A DNA stretch of 64,000 nucleotides from contig NC_043009.1 of assembly GCF_006345805.1 (NCBI RefSeq), positions 35,340,001 to 35,404,000 of the forward strand, given 5' to 3'. Shown here in pieces: positions 1 to 11,840 of the stretch. The position numbers were made by a program, and so were the translations under genes. The DNA comes from Octopus sinensis (lineage: Eukaryota). Position 1 is the stretch's first letter, and every line of letters begins with the position of its first letter. The notes below the pieces were generated by a model. That model was not told the origin of the DNA and made no database searches. It saw only the letters and a list, made by a program, of their open reading frames with translations.

Positions 1-73
1 AATACACATACACATACATACATATACATACACATATACATATAAACATATACATACATACACACACAGACAG

Positions 74-104
<31 letters not shown>

Positions 105-770
105 CAGATATATATATTTGTTTTCTCTATGCTTCTATATCTCTCTATATATATATGAATATATACGTGTGTATACGCGTGTTATATTTGTGCTTATGCA
201 ATAATGTATAGATACATATTGCACTAATTCATGTAGAAAGAAATTGTGTGTGTATGTGTATTTGTATGAGTAAGTATGTGTTTGAGTGTGTGTGCTTGTG
301 AGCGTGTGTCCGTTCGCGCGTACGTGTTCATTTAAGAGTGATGTTGCTTTAAAAAGACCTATCTTACTAATTCGACCAATACATCGGCTAGAAATATGTA
401 TATATTTGATGCGATCGATTGACCCCTTGAAGGAGGTAGCAGAACATGGCCGTAGTTCAATGGTTGAAACTATTAATAGAATAGAAAACACACATTCAAA
501 TACGCATACATGTTGTGTGTGTATATATATATATATAGATAAAGATAGATATGATATATATGTATGTATATATATATGTATATATATGTATATACATATA
601 TATACTTATATATATACATATATATACATATATATATACATATATATATACATATATACACATATACATATACATATATATGTACATACATATATATATA
701 TACATCTATATATACATATATGTACATATATATATACACAAATATATATATATATATGGTTATAGACATC
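1..770. repeat. Compound (CA)n/(TA)n/(TACA)n microsatellite field
   Basis: Directly visible; source of the YI/HT-repeat pseudo-ORFs at 135-812. Confidence 0.95.
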
Positions 771-1389
771 GTCTTGTGTAATTGCTATAGACAACGCTGT
801 ACCGGAAATTAAATACTGATCTTACCATATATCACAAAATAATACTGTCACCAAAAGATTATTGCAGTAATTTACTTCGGGCAAAATGGAATTGTCCAAT
901 TAATGGCTTATGAAGCAAAATATAATAATAGAGAAGGACCAATTCTTAAACAGACCTGACGTTGTCCCTACCCCTTCTTTAGAGCTATATTGGGATGATG
1001 ATGATAATGTTAATGGTAGTAGTGATGCTGCTATCGCTTAGGGTAGTAGTGTGTGTAATAAGAATGATGGTAATATCAGTAATTTTGGGTATGTTGGTGA
1101 AGGTGATATTGGGCGTGGTAGTGATGATGATGATATGATGATGATGATGATGATGATGAAGAGGAGGAGGAGGAAGATGAAAATACTAGCATTACTTTAT
1201 CTCACAGAGGTCGCTAATGATGATCACAATGAACGATGATTGTGAAGCTTAATCCCATCAAAACCACGTTTATTAAAATAATTCTGGTGAGTAAAAATAC
1301 AATAAGCATAATTGTGCCAATGATGATGATGACGACAATGATGACTAGTTAATACAGCATTTCCCAGAACAGCAAGACAGAAATTAAAA

Positions 1390-1920
1390 CAATGGCTATG
1401 ATACGAATGACAGCAACTGCAGAGAAGTATCGTATAGGCACACGCCAGAATAGGTCACGGAAAATGAGAAAGCGGCCATAATTTGGGACATACTAATACA
1501 CACAGATATTAAGGCATGTAGTCCGGATGTAGTCATAAGAGATAAAAACAAAACATGCTTTCTACCCGCTGTATCAATACCAACAGATGACAATGTTTTT
1601 TTTAACAAAACGGAGAAACCTTCAAAATACAAAGATCTGGAAACAGAGGTAACTCGAATATGGATTCGAAAAGCAGAAACAATTCCTATCATAGTAGTCT
1701 CATTACGGTATGATAAAAAGTAGTCAGAAATATACATAACAAAAACACCAGGACTAAAAAGTATATATGAGATACAGAATACTGCACTAAAAGATACTGC
1801 ACGCATCCTATGTAAAACACTTACAATACAGTAAAAATAGGAAATCACAACAAACACAGCACATATCAAAGGCACACAGAGCTGCATTCAGTGAAAGTCC
1901 GTGATTAAATGAAACTTCTG
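1390..1920 (+). mobile_element. Diverged 3' fragment of R4/Dong-clade non-LTR retrotransposon (RLE domain + 3' UTR)
   Basis: Collinear with 4760-5310 of the younger copy (TATAGGCACACGCCAGAA, GTATCAATACCAACAGATGACAA, AAATACAAAGATCTGGAA, GGCACACAGAGCTGC); ends in (AAT)n. Confidence 0.85.
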
Positions 1921-1987
1921 AATAATAATAATAACAATAATAATAATAATAATAATAGTAATAATAATAATAATGATAATAATAATA

Positions 1988-2049
<62 letters not shown>

Positions 2050-2339
2050 TAATAATAATGATGATAATAATAATAATAATAATAATGATGATGATGATGA
2101 TGATGATAATAATAATAATAATAATAATAATATTAATAATAATAATAATGATGATGATGATGATGATGATAATAATAATAATAATAATAATATAATAATA
2201 ATAATAATAATAATAAATAATAATAATAATAATATAATATAATAATAATAATAATAATAATATAATAATAATAATAATGATAATAATAATGATGATAATA
2301 ATAATAATAATAATAATGATGATGATGATGATGATAATA

Positions 2340-2380
<41 letters not shown>
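1921..2380. repeat. Long (AAT)n microsatellite with (GAT)n interruptions
   Basis: Directly visible; tail of the preceding Dong copy. Confidence 0.95.
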
Positions 2381-2383
<3 letters not shown>

Positions 2384-2709
2384 TGCCCTGATGCAGTATC
2401 AGGCACTGAGTGCCATGATGCAGTGCCAGGCACTGGATGCCCTGATACAGTACCAGGCATTGGATGTCTTGTTGCAGTACCAGGAACTAGCTCTCATGGC
2501 TTCTGATTTTAACAGACTGGAAGTGTTACGATGCACATTGTTTTTTCTTGGTTATAAAAGATGGGAAACAGAAAATATTCTGCTGAATACCACAGATTTC
2601 CTTGTCCGTTGTTTGACCATAACCAGTTGAGCATGTAGCTTAGTGGCTGACTATAAGTATGTGCATCTCTGATCACGAGCAGAAGCAGTAGGGGTGCATC
2701 ATAACCATT
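2381..2709. mobile_element. Unclassified interspersed repeat fragment with 4 x 27-bp internal tandem repeat, flanked by (AAT)n on both sides
   Basis: 27-bp units start at 2384, 2411, 2438 and 2465 (consensus TGCCCTGATGCAGTACCAGGCACTGGA). Non-coding body; orientation unresolved. Confidence 0.55.
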
Positions 2710-2716
2710 AATAATG

Positions 2717-2791
<75 letters not shown>

Positions 2792-2800
2792 GAAATAATA

Positions 2801-3063
2801 AACAGAAACAGAAACAATTCCTATCATAATAGGCGCATTAGGTATGATAACAAAAATATTCAGACAAATATATAACAAAAACACCAGGACTTACAAATAT
2901 TTATAACATACAGAAAATTGCACTATTAGGTACTGCACAATCCTACGCCAAACCTTTTCAATACAGTAACCATAAGAGCATCTCAGCAGACAACAGCATA
3001 TACCCAAGGCACACAGAGCTGCGCTCGGTAGTGAAGTGAAAGCACGCTTTAAAAATAAAACCA

Positions 3064-3068
<5 letters not shown>
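2801..3068 (+). mobile_element. Short 5'-truncated Dong 3' end (end of ORF + 3' UTR) with (AAT)n tail to 3180
   Basis: Near-identical to 5048-5310 (ACAGAAACAATTCCTATCATA...GGCACACAGAGCTGCGCTCGGTAGTGAAGTGAA...CTACTGA). Confidence 0.9.
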
Positions 3069-3127
<59 letters not shown>

Positions 3128-3145
3128 TTAATAATAATAATAATA

Positions 3146-3180
<35 letters not shown>

Positions 3181-3182
<2 letters not shown>

Positions 3183-5310
3183 CGCAAAGGCTGAACAAGC
3201 ACCTGGACGAAAACAAACTGTTCCCAGAAGAGCAGAAAGGATGCCGCAAGGGCACATATGGCTGTAAAGATCAACTAATGATTAATAAAGCCGTAACTGA
3301 AGACAGCCACAGAAAGAAGAAAGGCCTCAGTATGGCCTGGATTGACTACAAAAAGGCGTTTGATAGCATCCCCCACACATGGATCCTCGAAACACTAGCC
3401 ATTAACAAAGTAGCACCAACAATCATAAAATTCATAGAGCACTCTATGAATAAATGGCAAACAGTCCTACACCTCCAAACAAAAGAGGGACTCATGAAAA
3501 CCAAAGACATCCCCATTAGAAGAGGAATATTCCAGGGAGACACGCTCTCTCCACTCCTTTTCTGCTTGGCACTGTCACCTCTATCTGATATGCTAAATAG
3601 AACTGGATGCGGATATAAATGTTACGGCAAAACGATCAGCCACCTTTTATATATGGATGACCTAAAACTATACGCTGCAAGTGACAAACAGCTGGAAACA
3701 CTATTAAAGACAGTTCATGGATTTACCAAAGAAATAGATATGAAATTTGGATTAGAAAAATGCGCCAAAGTAACCATGAAAAGAGGAAAACTAGTTAAGA
3801 GTAACAACATCACACTAGATAAAACCAATGAAATAAAAGAATTAGACAAAAGCCAAACTTACAAATACTTAGGAATCCATGAACTAGGTAAGACACAACA
3901 CACACAAATGAAAGAGAAAATAAAAAAAGAATATTATAGACGAGTTAGATCAATACTAAAAACAGAGCTCAATGCTAAAAACAAGATAATAGGTATCAAC
4001 ACTTTAGCTGTCCCAGTTATAAGTTACAGCTACAATATCCTTAACTGGACACGAAATGAACTGTCCAAAATAGATAGGAAAACAAGAAAAATACTGACAG
4101 GATCTAGGATGCATCACCCAAAATCTGACATAGAAAGACTATATATACAACGTATAGAAGGTGGTAGAGGCCTTATGCAGCTGGAAAACTACTATAAAAT
4201 AACCACCATAGGACTGCAAAAATACCTACTTCAGAAGGAAGGAAAACTGATCCAGATAGCGGCAAAACACGAGCAAAACAAAAAACTGTTCTCAGTATTT
4301 AAGGAAGCTGACAAATGCAAACAAGAAATCATACCACCTAATAAACACAAAGAAGAAGAAGAAGAAGATGATGAAGAAACAACAAAAGCTATAAAACAAA
4401 TGAAATCCAAACTAAAAATAGAACAGCAACGAGCCATGATAAAACGATGGCAAGAAAAACCCCTTCATGGTAAATACTGCACTAAACTAAACGCAAAAGA
4501 AATAGACAAAGAAAAATCCCAGCAATGGTTGAGAAGCTCAGGACTCAAAGCAGAAACAGAGGGATTTTTAATTGCAGCACAAGACCAAAGCCTCCCCACC
4601 AGAAATTACCAAAAACATGTAATGAAAAGAAATATTACAAGTAACTGCAGAATATGTGGAGATGGACAAGAAACAATAAATCATATTATCTCTAGCTGCC
4701 CAGTCCTGGCTAAGAAGGAATATATTCACAGACATGACAGAGTTGGAACCTACATACATTGGAAGCTATGCCAACATTATGGAATAACAACAGAAAAAAG
4801 ATGGTATAGGCACACACCAGAAAAGGTCACAGAAAACGAGAAAGCAACCATACTCTGGGATATGCCGATACACACAGATAGAGAAATTAAGGCAACAGAC
4901 CAGATATAGTTGTCAGAGATCATGAAGAAAAAAAATGCTTTCTAATGATGTATCAATACCGTTGATGACAACGTGTCTCTAAAAGAAATGGAGAAACTCT
5001 CAAAATACAAATACCTGGAAATAGATGTAACTAGAATGTGGAATCTGAAAACAGAAACAATTCCTATCATAGTAGGTGCATTAGGCATGATAAAAAAATA
5101 TTCAGACAAATACATAACAAAAACACCACAACTTACAAACACATATAACATACAGAAAATTGCACTACTAGGCACTGCACACATCCTACGCAGAACACTT
5201 TCCATACAATAACCATCAGAGCATCACAACAAATCACAGCATATACCCAAGGCACACAGAGCTGCGCTCGGTAGTGAAGTGAATGCACGCTATAAAATTA
5301 AAACTACTGA
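3181..5310 (+). mobile_element. 5'-truncated R4/Dong-clade non-LTR retrotransposon (RT + CCHC finger + RLE endonuclease, 3' UTR), (AAT)n tail 5310-5370
   Basis: RT motifs IDYKKAFDSIPH, GIFQGDTLSPLLF, YMDDLKLY and YKYLG; CRICGDGQETINHIISSC zinc knuckle; RHDRV; RLE PDIVV...LIDVSIP...EKLSKY; ORF stop at 5212. Confidence 0.95.
3182..5212 (+). pseudogene. Dong ORF remnant: RT/zinc finger open 3182-4909, RLE disrupted by three single-base deletions (~4893, ~4946, ~4960)
   Basis: Frame is open from 3182 (SQRLNKHLDENKLFPEEQKGCRKG..., upstream of the ATG at 3278). Comparison with the duplicate at 5372-5830 locates the three deletions. ORF 4973-5212 is in the same frame as 3278. Confidence 0.85.
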
Positions 5311-5316
5311 ATAATG

Positions 5317-5371
<55 letters not shown>

Positions 5372-5375
<4 letters not shown>

Positions 5376-5928
5376 GGAAACTATGCCAACATTATGGAAT
5401 AACAACAGAAAAAAATGTGGTATAGGCACACACCAGAAAAGGTCACAGAAAACGAGAAAGCAACCATACTCTGGGATATGCCAATACACACAGATAGAGA
5501 AATTAAGGCCAACAGACCAGATATAGTTGTCAGAGATCATGAAGAAAAAAATGTTTTCTAATTGATGTATCAATACCAGCAGATGACAACGTTTCTCTAA
5601 AAGAAATGGAGAAACTCTCAAAATACAAAGACATGGAAATAGAGGTAACTAGAATGTGGAATCTGAAAACAGAAACAATTCCTATCATAATAGGTGCATT
5701 AGGCATGATAAAAAAATATTCAGACAAATACATAACAAAAACACCACGACTTACAAACACATATAACATACAGAAAATTGCACTACTAGGCACTGCACAC
5801 ATCCTACGCAGAACACTTTCCATACAATAACCATCAGAGCATCACAACAAATCACAGCACATACCCAAGGCACACAGAGCTGCGCTCGGTAGCGAAGTGA
5901 AAGCACGCTATGAAAATAAAACTACTGA
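5372..5928 (+). mobile_element. Second young 5'-truncated Dong copy (RLE + 3' UTR)
   Basis: Near-identical to 4757-5310; begins at HWKLCQHYG; retains RPDIVV and LIDVSIPADD coding; has its own indels in A-runs. Confidence 0.92.
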
Positions 5929-5945
5929 ATAATGATAATAATTTG

Positions 5946-7212
5946 TGGGTATAGATATTTAGGGATTTTGGAGCTGGATGACATTCTACACAAAGAAATG
6001 AAAGTCAAGGTCGGCGGCGCGTATCCAAAAAGGGTGAAGATGATGCTGAAATCGAACCTGAATGCAAAAAAATTGATAAATGCGATGAATATCTGAGCAG
6101 TTGCAGTGGTCAGATTTTGTGCGTCCATCCTCAAACGGATTAAGGAGGAAATATCAACACTGAATAGAAGGATGAGAAAGTTGATGACGCTGCATGGGAT
6201 ACTACACCCCAAGGCAAAGTAAATACACTGTATATGAAGAGAAAGATTAGTGGCAGAGTATTAATTAGTATAGACCATTGTATAAGGAGTGAAAGGAGGA
6301 TGCTTGCCGTGCATTTGATAAAAAGAGATGAAGACCTGCTACAATATGCCGCGAAAGATATGGGTGTAAATGCAGATGAAATGATGAGCAGGGAAGAGTT
6401 TAACCAAAGAGCATATGAGAAGAGAAAAGTAGACCTCCTTGAAATGAGAATGCATGGGCAGTTTGAAAGAAATAATAGAGTCGTACAAAATTTATATGTA
6501 AGAGACCAAAATGTACGTACGCCGCTACATATAAAATACAATACTGGGACAAGAACGCAAAACATCCAGACATCGGGCACAATGAAAACAAAGACGGGCC
6601 ATTCGCAGTTTTCTATCCTCAGTCGAGTTCCAGATTATCTTTGCAATTTCGGCTGGTTATACTCGAGATTGCTCCAATCTGGCCAGCCCCAAGGTAAAAA
6701 TACTTCCACACACGCCAGCTTAATTTAATTCGTCCTTATCAGTCGAAAAACTGATAATACAGACTTATAAGGACTGTATTATTCGACTGTTATCAGTCGA
6801 AAGACTGATAACACACCATCGTGGGCATGAATTGAGCGAGGTGATCTGAAGCGTACCACCGAAAGCCTGATCCTTGCCGCTAGACCAATCTCGTGCTACC
6901 AATTCAGTGAAGCATAACATCTATAAAACTTCTAACACCCATAAATGCAAACTCTGTGGAAAGAGTGTGGAAAATGTGACCCACTTTGTAAGTAGATGTG
7001 AAAGCCTTGCGCAAAAAAGAATACAAGTGCCGCCAAGATAAAGTTGCGTGTGTATCTTCATTGGCTCTTATGCCGTAAATACCAACATGAAGTAATGGAG
7101 AACTGATATGAGCATGTACCAAGTAAAGATATACAGGACGATGGAAAAGTAATGATACTCTGGGACTATGATTTTCAGACGGATCGTGTAATAGAACAAC
7201 GTCGGTCGGATA
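5946..7212 (+). mobile_element. Degenerate R4/Dong element of a different family, split by an insertion at ~6481-6790
   Basis: Translates (with stops/shifts) to YRYLGILELDD...LHPK...LYMKRKISGRVL...MRMHGQFER, then TESLILAA...CKLCGKSVENVTHFVSRC...ILWDYDFQTDRVIEQRRSDI. Confidence 0.8.
6481..6750. mobile_element. Fragment of a dispersed repeat (probably Penelope-related) with an internal orientation switch at ~6694
   Basis: 6481-6693 matches 13768-14000 (same strand) and 22130-22290 (opposite strand); 6694-6750 matches 21975-22015 on the same strand. Confidence 0.65.
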
Positions 7213-8021
7213 TATACAATGTAACTTCGAAATTTGAAGAATTTGAACTCAAAGCCCGTAAGGATATAACTGGATGGAAATGAGGCATTAGCCGATAACA
7301 CACTCTATAGCACGTTTAGAACAAGTCATCAGAGAAATTATGATAATTACCAGAATAAACATAGAACATTTTCACAGTAAAAGGATATATTTAAATAGCG
7401 TACCAAAACTTGTTCGTTCTGATACGTATTTTATTGTTCACAGAATTCTCACAAAATAATATCTATTTAGATTTCAAAATTTGAAACGAAAAATTACGGA
7501 GTCAGAGTATTCATAAACATGTACATCCCCTATTAAGTGAGATTTTACTTTTTCTATAAATCATATACTATAATAGATTTAGTAGTTAATGAAATTTTAC
7601 AACAAATGTTAAACATTTCTTACAATACAATATCGTTATTACAAACATTTTGTCTTTCTTACTGTCAAAAACAAACAAAAATAGTGAAGTTGTAGATGTT
7701 ATAATTACCAATAGTTTTGGAAAAAATAAACTTTTGAACATAAAACTGTTTATTTATTCTTGCCTTTGTCTCCCAAAGTGAGGAAAAAAGCAAAAATAAT
7801 ACAATGAATCTAGTAATGATATGAAATAAATTTTATGATAAATGTGTTTACAAGTATGTAGCAAAATGAATACAAATAACAGAAGACCAAGAAATAACGC
7901 AGGGCGAACAAAATTAATATTGAAAATCAATTGTGAAGCACTATATATTAAGCACTACATAAGCATTATATTTAACACAAAAAATTAAATATATATATAT
8001 ATATATATATCAGTGTATATA

Positions 8022-9055
8022 TTTGGTTGTCCGGAAAGTTCGTGCCGATATATATTAGCTTGCCTTTCGACTTATTTTAGAACATAGTTGAGTCCATAAA
8101 ATAGGATTTGACTACACCTCCATTTAGGGCACAGTTTAAGCAATCTTTTCGTGGAACAAGGTTTATGTTCCTATAACCTGTGTTAATTCTGCACTTCTTT
8201 AAAATGGAAGATAACAAATTTCATTTTCGGCACTTGATGCTTTTCTTTTTCCGTAAAGGGAATAATGCCTCACAAGCGACCAACAAAATATGTGCGGTGA
8301 TGTTTCTTTATCCGAAAGAACTGCACCGAAGTGGTTCGCAAGGTTCGGAGCTGGAGATTGTAGCCTTATTGATAAAGAGCAATCAAGCAGGCTATCCACT
8401 ACAATGACAGGTGATGAGAAATGGATTATCTACCGAAATGTTCAGAGAATGCGATCCTGGAATAAGCGACATGAGCCACCCTTAGCCACACCAAAAGCGG
8501 GCCTTCACCCTAAAAATGTCTTGCTTTGTGTATGGTGGGATTGGACAGAAATTCTGTACTATGAACTTCTCCCAAGGAACCAGAAATTAATTCTGACAAA
8601 TACTGCATACAACTGGACGGGTTAAAAACAGCAATTCAAGAGAAATGTCCAGAATTGGCCAACAGGAAGGGTGTTGTTTTCTAACATGATAATGCAAGAC
8701 CGCACGTTTCTTTGGGAATCAGATAAAAAATACTGCAGCTCGGCTGGGATGTGTTACTCCACCCTCCATATTCACCAGATATTACTCCTTCGGATTTCCA
8801 CTTAATCAGGTTCTGCAGAATAGTCTTAAAGATAAAAATTTCAATTCTTGGATGACGTATAAAGATACCTTGATGAATTATTTGCCATGAAACCACCTCA
8901 ATTCTAGGAAGAGAGTACTTTCAAGTTTAAGGAAAGATGGAGACGCACCGTGCAACAAAATGTTTCATATATGGTTGATTAAAAATGTAATGGCAAATAT
9001 TTATTGACCTTTGTCTTTCCTTTAAAAATCGGCACGAACTTTCCGGACAACCCAA
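8022..9055 (+). mobile_element. Mariner (D,D34D) transposon, internally deleted and frameshifted, both TIRs present
   Basis: TIRs TT(T/G)GGTTGTCCGGAAAGTTCGTGCCGAT at 8022 and inverted ending 9055; TA flanks at 8020-21 and 9056-57. Transposase MEDNKFHFRHLMLFFFRKG, TGDEKW (~8407), HDNARPH (8685), YSPDITPSDFHL (8769). Confidence 0.93.
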
Positions 9056-9076
9056 TACATGGACACACGCACAGGC

Positions 9077-9112
<36 letters not shown>

Positions 9113-9134
9113 GCATACGCATACATACACACAT

Positions 9135-9200
9135 GAGTGGCTGTGTGGTAAGAATCACGCTTCCTAACCACATAGTTCCGGGTTTAGTCCCACTGCGTCA
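9135..9200 (+). mobile_element. tRNA-derived SINE 5' fragment (same family as 31806)
   Basis: GAGTGGCTGTGTGGTAAG...GTTCCGGGTTTAGTCCCACTGCGT; A-box and B-box-like motifs. Confidence 0.75.
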
Positions 9201-10119
9201 CTTTGAAACCGCAACGTGTTTACTAACAAAACATCGTGCTGCATCACTTTTGTAAAGTTTTGTCGGTTGCATCACTTCTGTGAAGTTTTGTCAGTTTCAA
9301 AGCGACAAAAATATTTTGTCACAAATGAAATTTAAATGTTGCAGTGTAACTGCTTTTGTGTTCTTGAATGACTTTAAACAATGAAAATAACTGAGTAACG
9401 GAAATTACATTTCTTAATACAATGCGCAGAATGTAAATAAGAAATGTTTACAAAAAATAAAGTATTCTACGAGTCGAAGCGAAATTTGATGCATAGTGAA
9501 CCAAAGGCCCAGTATAGAAGGAAGCAGAAAAAAGTCGTGAACAACAGAAAAACACAAAACCGTTGGAAATGGAAATAAGACAATTTAAGGAAATGAACTA
9601 AGTGTACGGTTTTAGATTAATTTTTTGAAGTTACTTCTGTCAGTAAATTATGAACTTACTTTTATCAATCATTCCGTCAACAAACACGCAAGAAAAGAAC
9701 ACAAAATATTGCAAAAGTAAATAAGAAATTTGTAGGCAAATTTAAGGAAGTGTACGGATTGAAATGAAATGTATGAAGATATTTACGTCAGTAAATTATG
9801 CATGAGATTACTTTCATCAGTAATTGAGAACTTCTTTCTGTTAGTAATTTGTCATTTTTGTTTGTAAATAGCGATTGAGAACTTACTGTGAAAACAATAG
9901 CTATTGAAGTTAAAGTTAAAATAATAGAGAGTGACTGAGATATATATAGAGAGATAGCTAGTTAGGCAAATAAGATAGATATAGATAGATACGATATAGA
10001 CAGATGCAGAGAGATAGATAGATATAGAGACAGAGATGGATAGAGATATAGACAAATAGATATAGAGAGATAGAGATAGATAGAGAGAGATGGATAGGGA
10101 GATATAGATAGTGACATAT

Positions 10120-10346
10120 GGACGTCATTGGCGCTAGAAAAACGGAAGTAAATATTTTAAAACACTTTCAAAGACGTGAAGCTAATATAAAGAGCAATAT
10201 ATTAAAATTTCTAATAAAAGAATCAAATGAGGAGCCTGACATGTAACGGAGATCAAATTAGTCACGCATCACAAGTATGGGAGCAATTGGTGAAGCCATT
10301 TTCGCGTGAAAAGCGAATACACATACATATCCGTTTTATATATTAG
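10120..10346 (-). mobile_element. Possible non-autonomous Helitron-like element 5' part
   Basis: Minus strand starts CTAATATATAAAACGGATATGTATGTGT...TTCACGCGAAAATGGCT, resembling Helitron 5' ends; resemblance only. Confidence 0.3.
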
Positions 10347-10618
10347 TTGAGATTGTGATAATTTTTTTGATCAATGGATTAAGAGAAAATATCAATTTCT
10401 GAAAGTTACTTCACAAAGAGTTACCTCCCTTCTCCTCGTAACCCAGGAACTTGTGTTTTCTGCCCCCCCCCCAGGGGACCGGTAATATATAAGTAATATA
10501 TGTTGCCAGTTTGGAGAAAATCAGTTGAAAACTATGTCGGTTATCATCTTTTATACCCCCCCACACACACGCACAGAACGAAATTTATATTCTAGATACA
10601 CATGTATATATATACATA

Positions 10619-10654
<36 letters not shown>

Positions 10655-10715
10655 TATATACATATATATACGTGAATATATATTATAGATATATATATAT
10701 ATATAATATATATAT

Positions 10716-10830
10716 TGGCCTGCTCGCTTAGCTAGCGGGTGGAGTCATTTGAAGGCTAAAACAATGCGAACGGATTGTGACCAGCGATGTGTACCAACAT
10801 CTGATAGCCTGGTCGGTCACGGTGATCACG

Positions 10831-10836
<6 letters not shown>
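10716..10836 (+). mobile_element. SINE-like 3' fragment (family shared with 43855-43975)
   Basis: TGGCCTGCTCGCTTAGC...TGTGACCAGCGATGTGTA...GGTCGGTCACGGTG is repeated at 43855; both copies run into (TA)n. Confidence 0.7.
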
Positions 10837-10875
<39 letters not shown>

Positions 10876-11485
10876 GTATGCGCATATTCGTACTTATGTG
10901 TTTGCATGCGCTCGTGAGTGTGACCATGAAATTGGATAGAGGTAGATAGATAGGTAGAGAGATGGATAGAGAGAGAGACAGCCAGACAGAGACAGAGATC
11001 AATGGACAGTCATATAGGCAGACTGGTAGACAGATACGTAGATAGATTGAGAGATGGTTGGTGTCCATAGTAATAATATTTAATATGATTTATTTGTATG
11101 AATAATTTTTTAAAATTCTAATAAGGGTGGCGCTCTCAATTCTATTTATGGTAATCATTGAACAAGCAAAATATGAATTCCCGCGAAATGTTTGCAGGAA
11201 ATTATTTAGTTTCTAATATTTAAGACTTCTTTTAACTTAACTGAGGAACAATTAAATTCTGCACTATATATCTGGAAATTTCGTTTTAACTTGCATTTGG
11301 AGTTTTTTTCTTTATTTTATCTAGATTATGGTTTTGTCAAAATTCGATTTTTTTTATTGATTACTTTCGCCAATCCAGAAAGAGATACTTCAGAAGTTTA
11401 CAAACAATTCTTTATATCTTACTCAATGAACCTGCGTATCAAATTTCATAGAAAGTGAAATTTCAACTGATAAAAAATGGAAATG

Positions 11486-11499
11486 GTAGTGGTGGTGGT

Positions 11500-11551
<52 letters not shown>

Positions 11552-11567
11552 CAGTAGTAGTAGTAGT
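11486..11567. repeat. (GTG)n/(GTA)n microsatellite
   Basis: Directly visible. Confidence 0.95.
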
Positions 11568-11684
11568 ACAGATACTTGCAATTGTTATATATTTGATAAA
11601 TCTTTTCCAATAGCTATATTCCGCAAAGGGAATGTAGTGTGAACGACTATTAAATATCAGAGAACCACTCTAAAGTTTTTTTAC

Positions 11685-11840
11685 CTTCTCCATTGACATA
11701 TAAACACATACAAATAAAAGAAGAATGGAATCCAGTATGTGTTGATAACTATTCTTAAGAGAACGTAACATATCTTCGATCGCTGCAGGAATAACTTTTT
11801 TACGTCGAGAATATGTATCAGATGTTCGACAATTAAAATA
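11685..11840 (-). CDS. Candidate internal coding exon of an unidentified gene (129 or 156 nt)
   Basis: Pyrimidine-rich acceptor TTTGCTTTCATTTAG; open frame YFNCRTSDTYSRRKKVIPAAIEDMLRSLKNSYQHILDSILLLF; donors GTATGT (exon end 11712) or AAG/GTAAAA (end 11685). No homology recognised. Confidence 0.25.

Noticed and set aside
135-812. Many ORFs rich in YI, HT, CV, poly-N/I/L here and throughout the window
   Set aside because: They are translations of (TA)n, (CA)n, (AAT)n and (GATA)n microsatellites, which lack stops in several frames.
2384-2491. Regularly spaced 27-bp repeats as a CRISPR-like array
   Set aside because: The units are directly adjacent with no unique spacers; eukaryotic minisatellite.
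4942-5823. Duplicated minus-strand ORFs MESVLRRMCAVPSS... (and 1396-1887)
   Set aside because: They are antisense shadows of the Dong RLE coding region.
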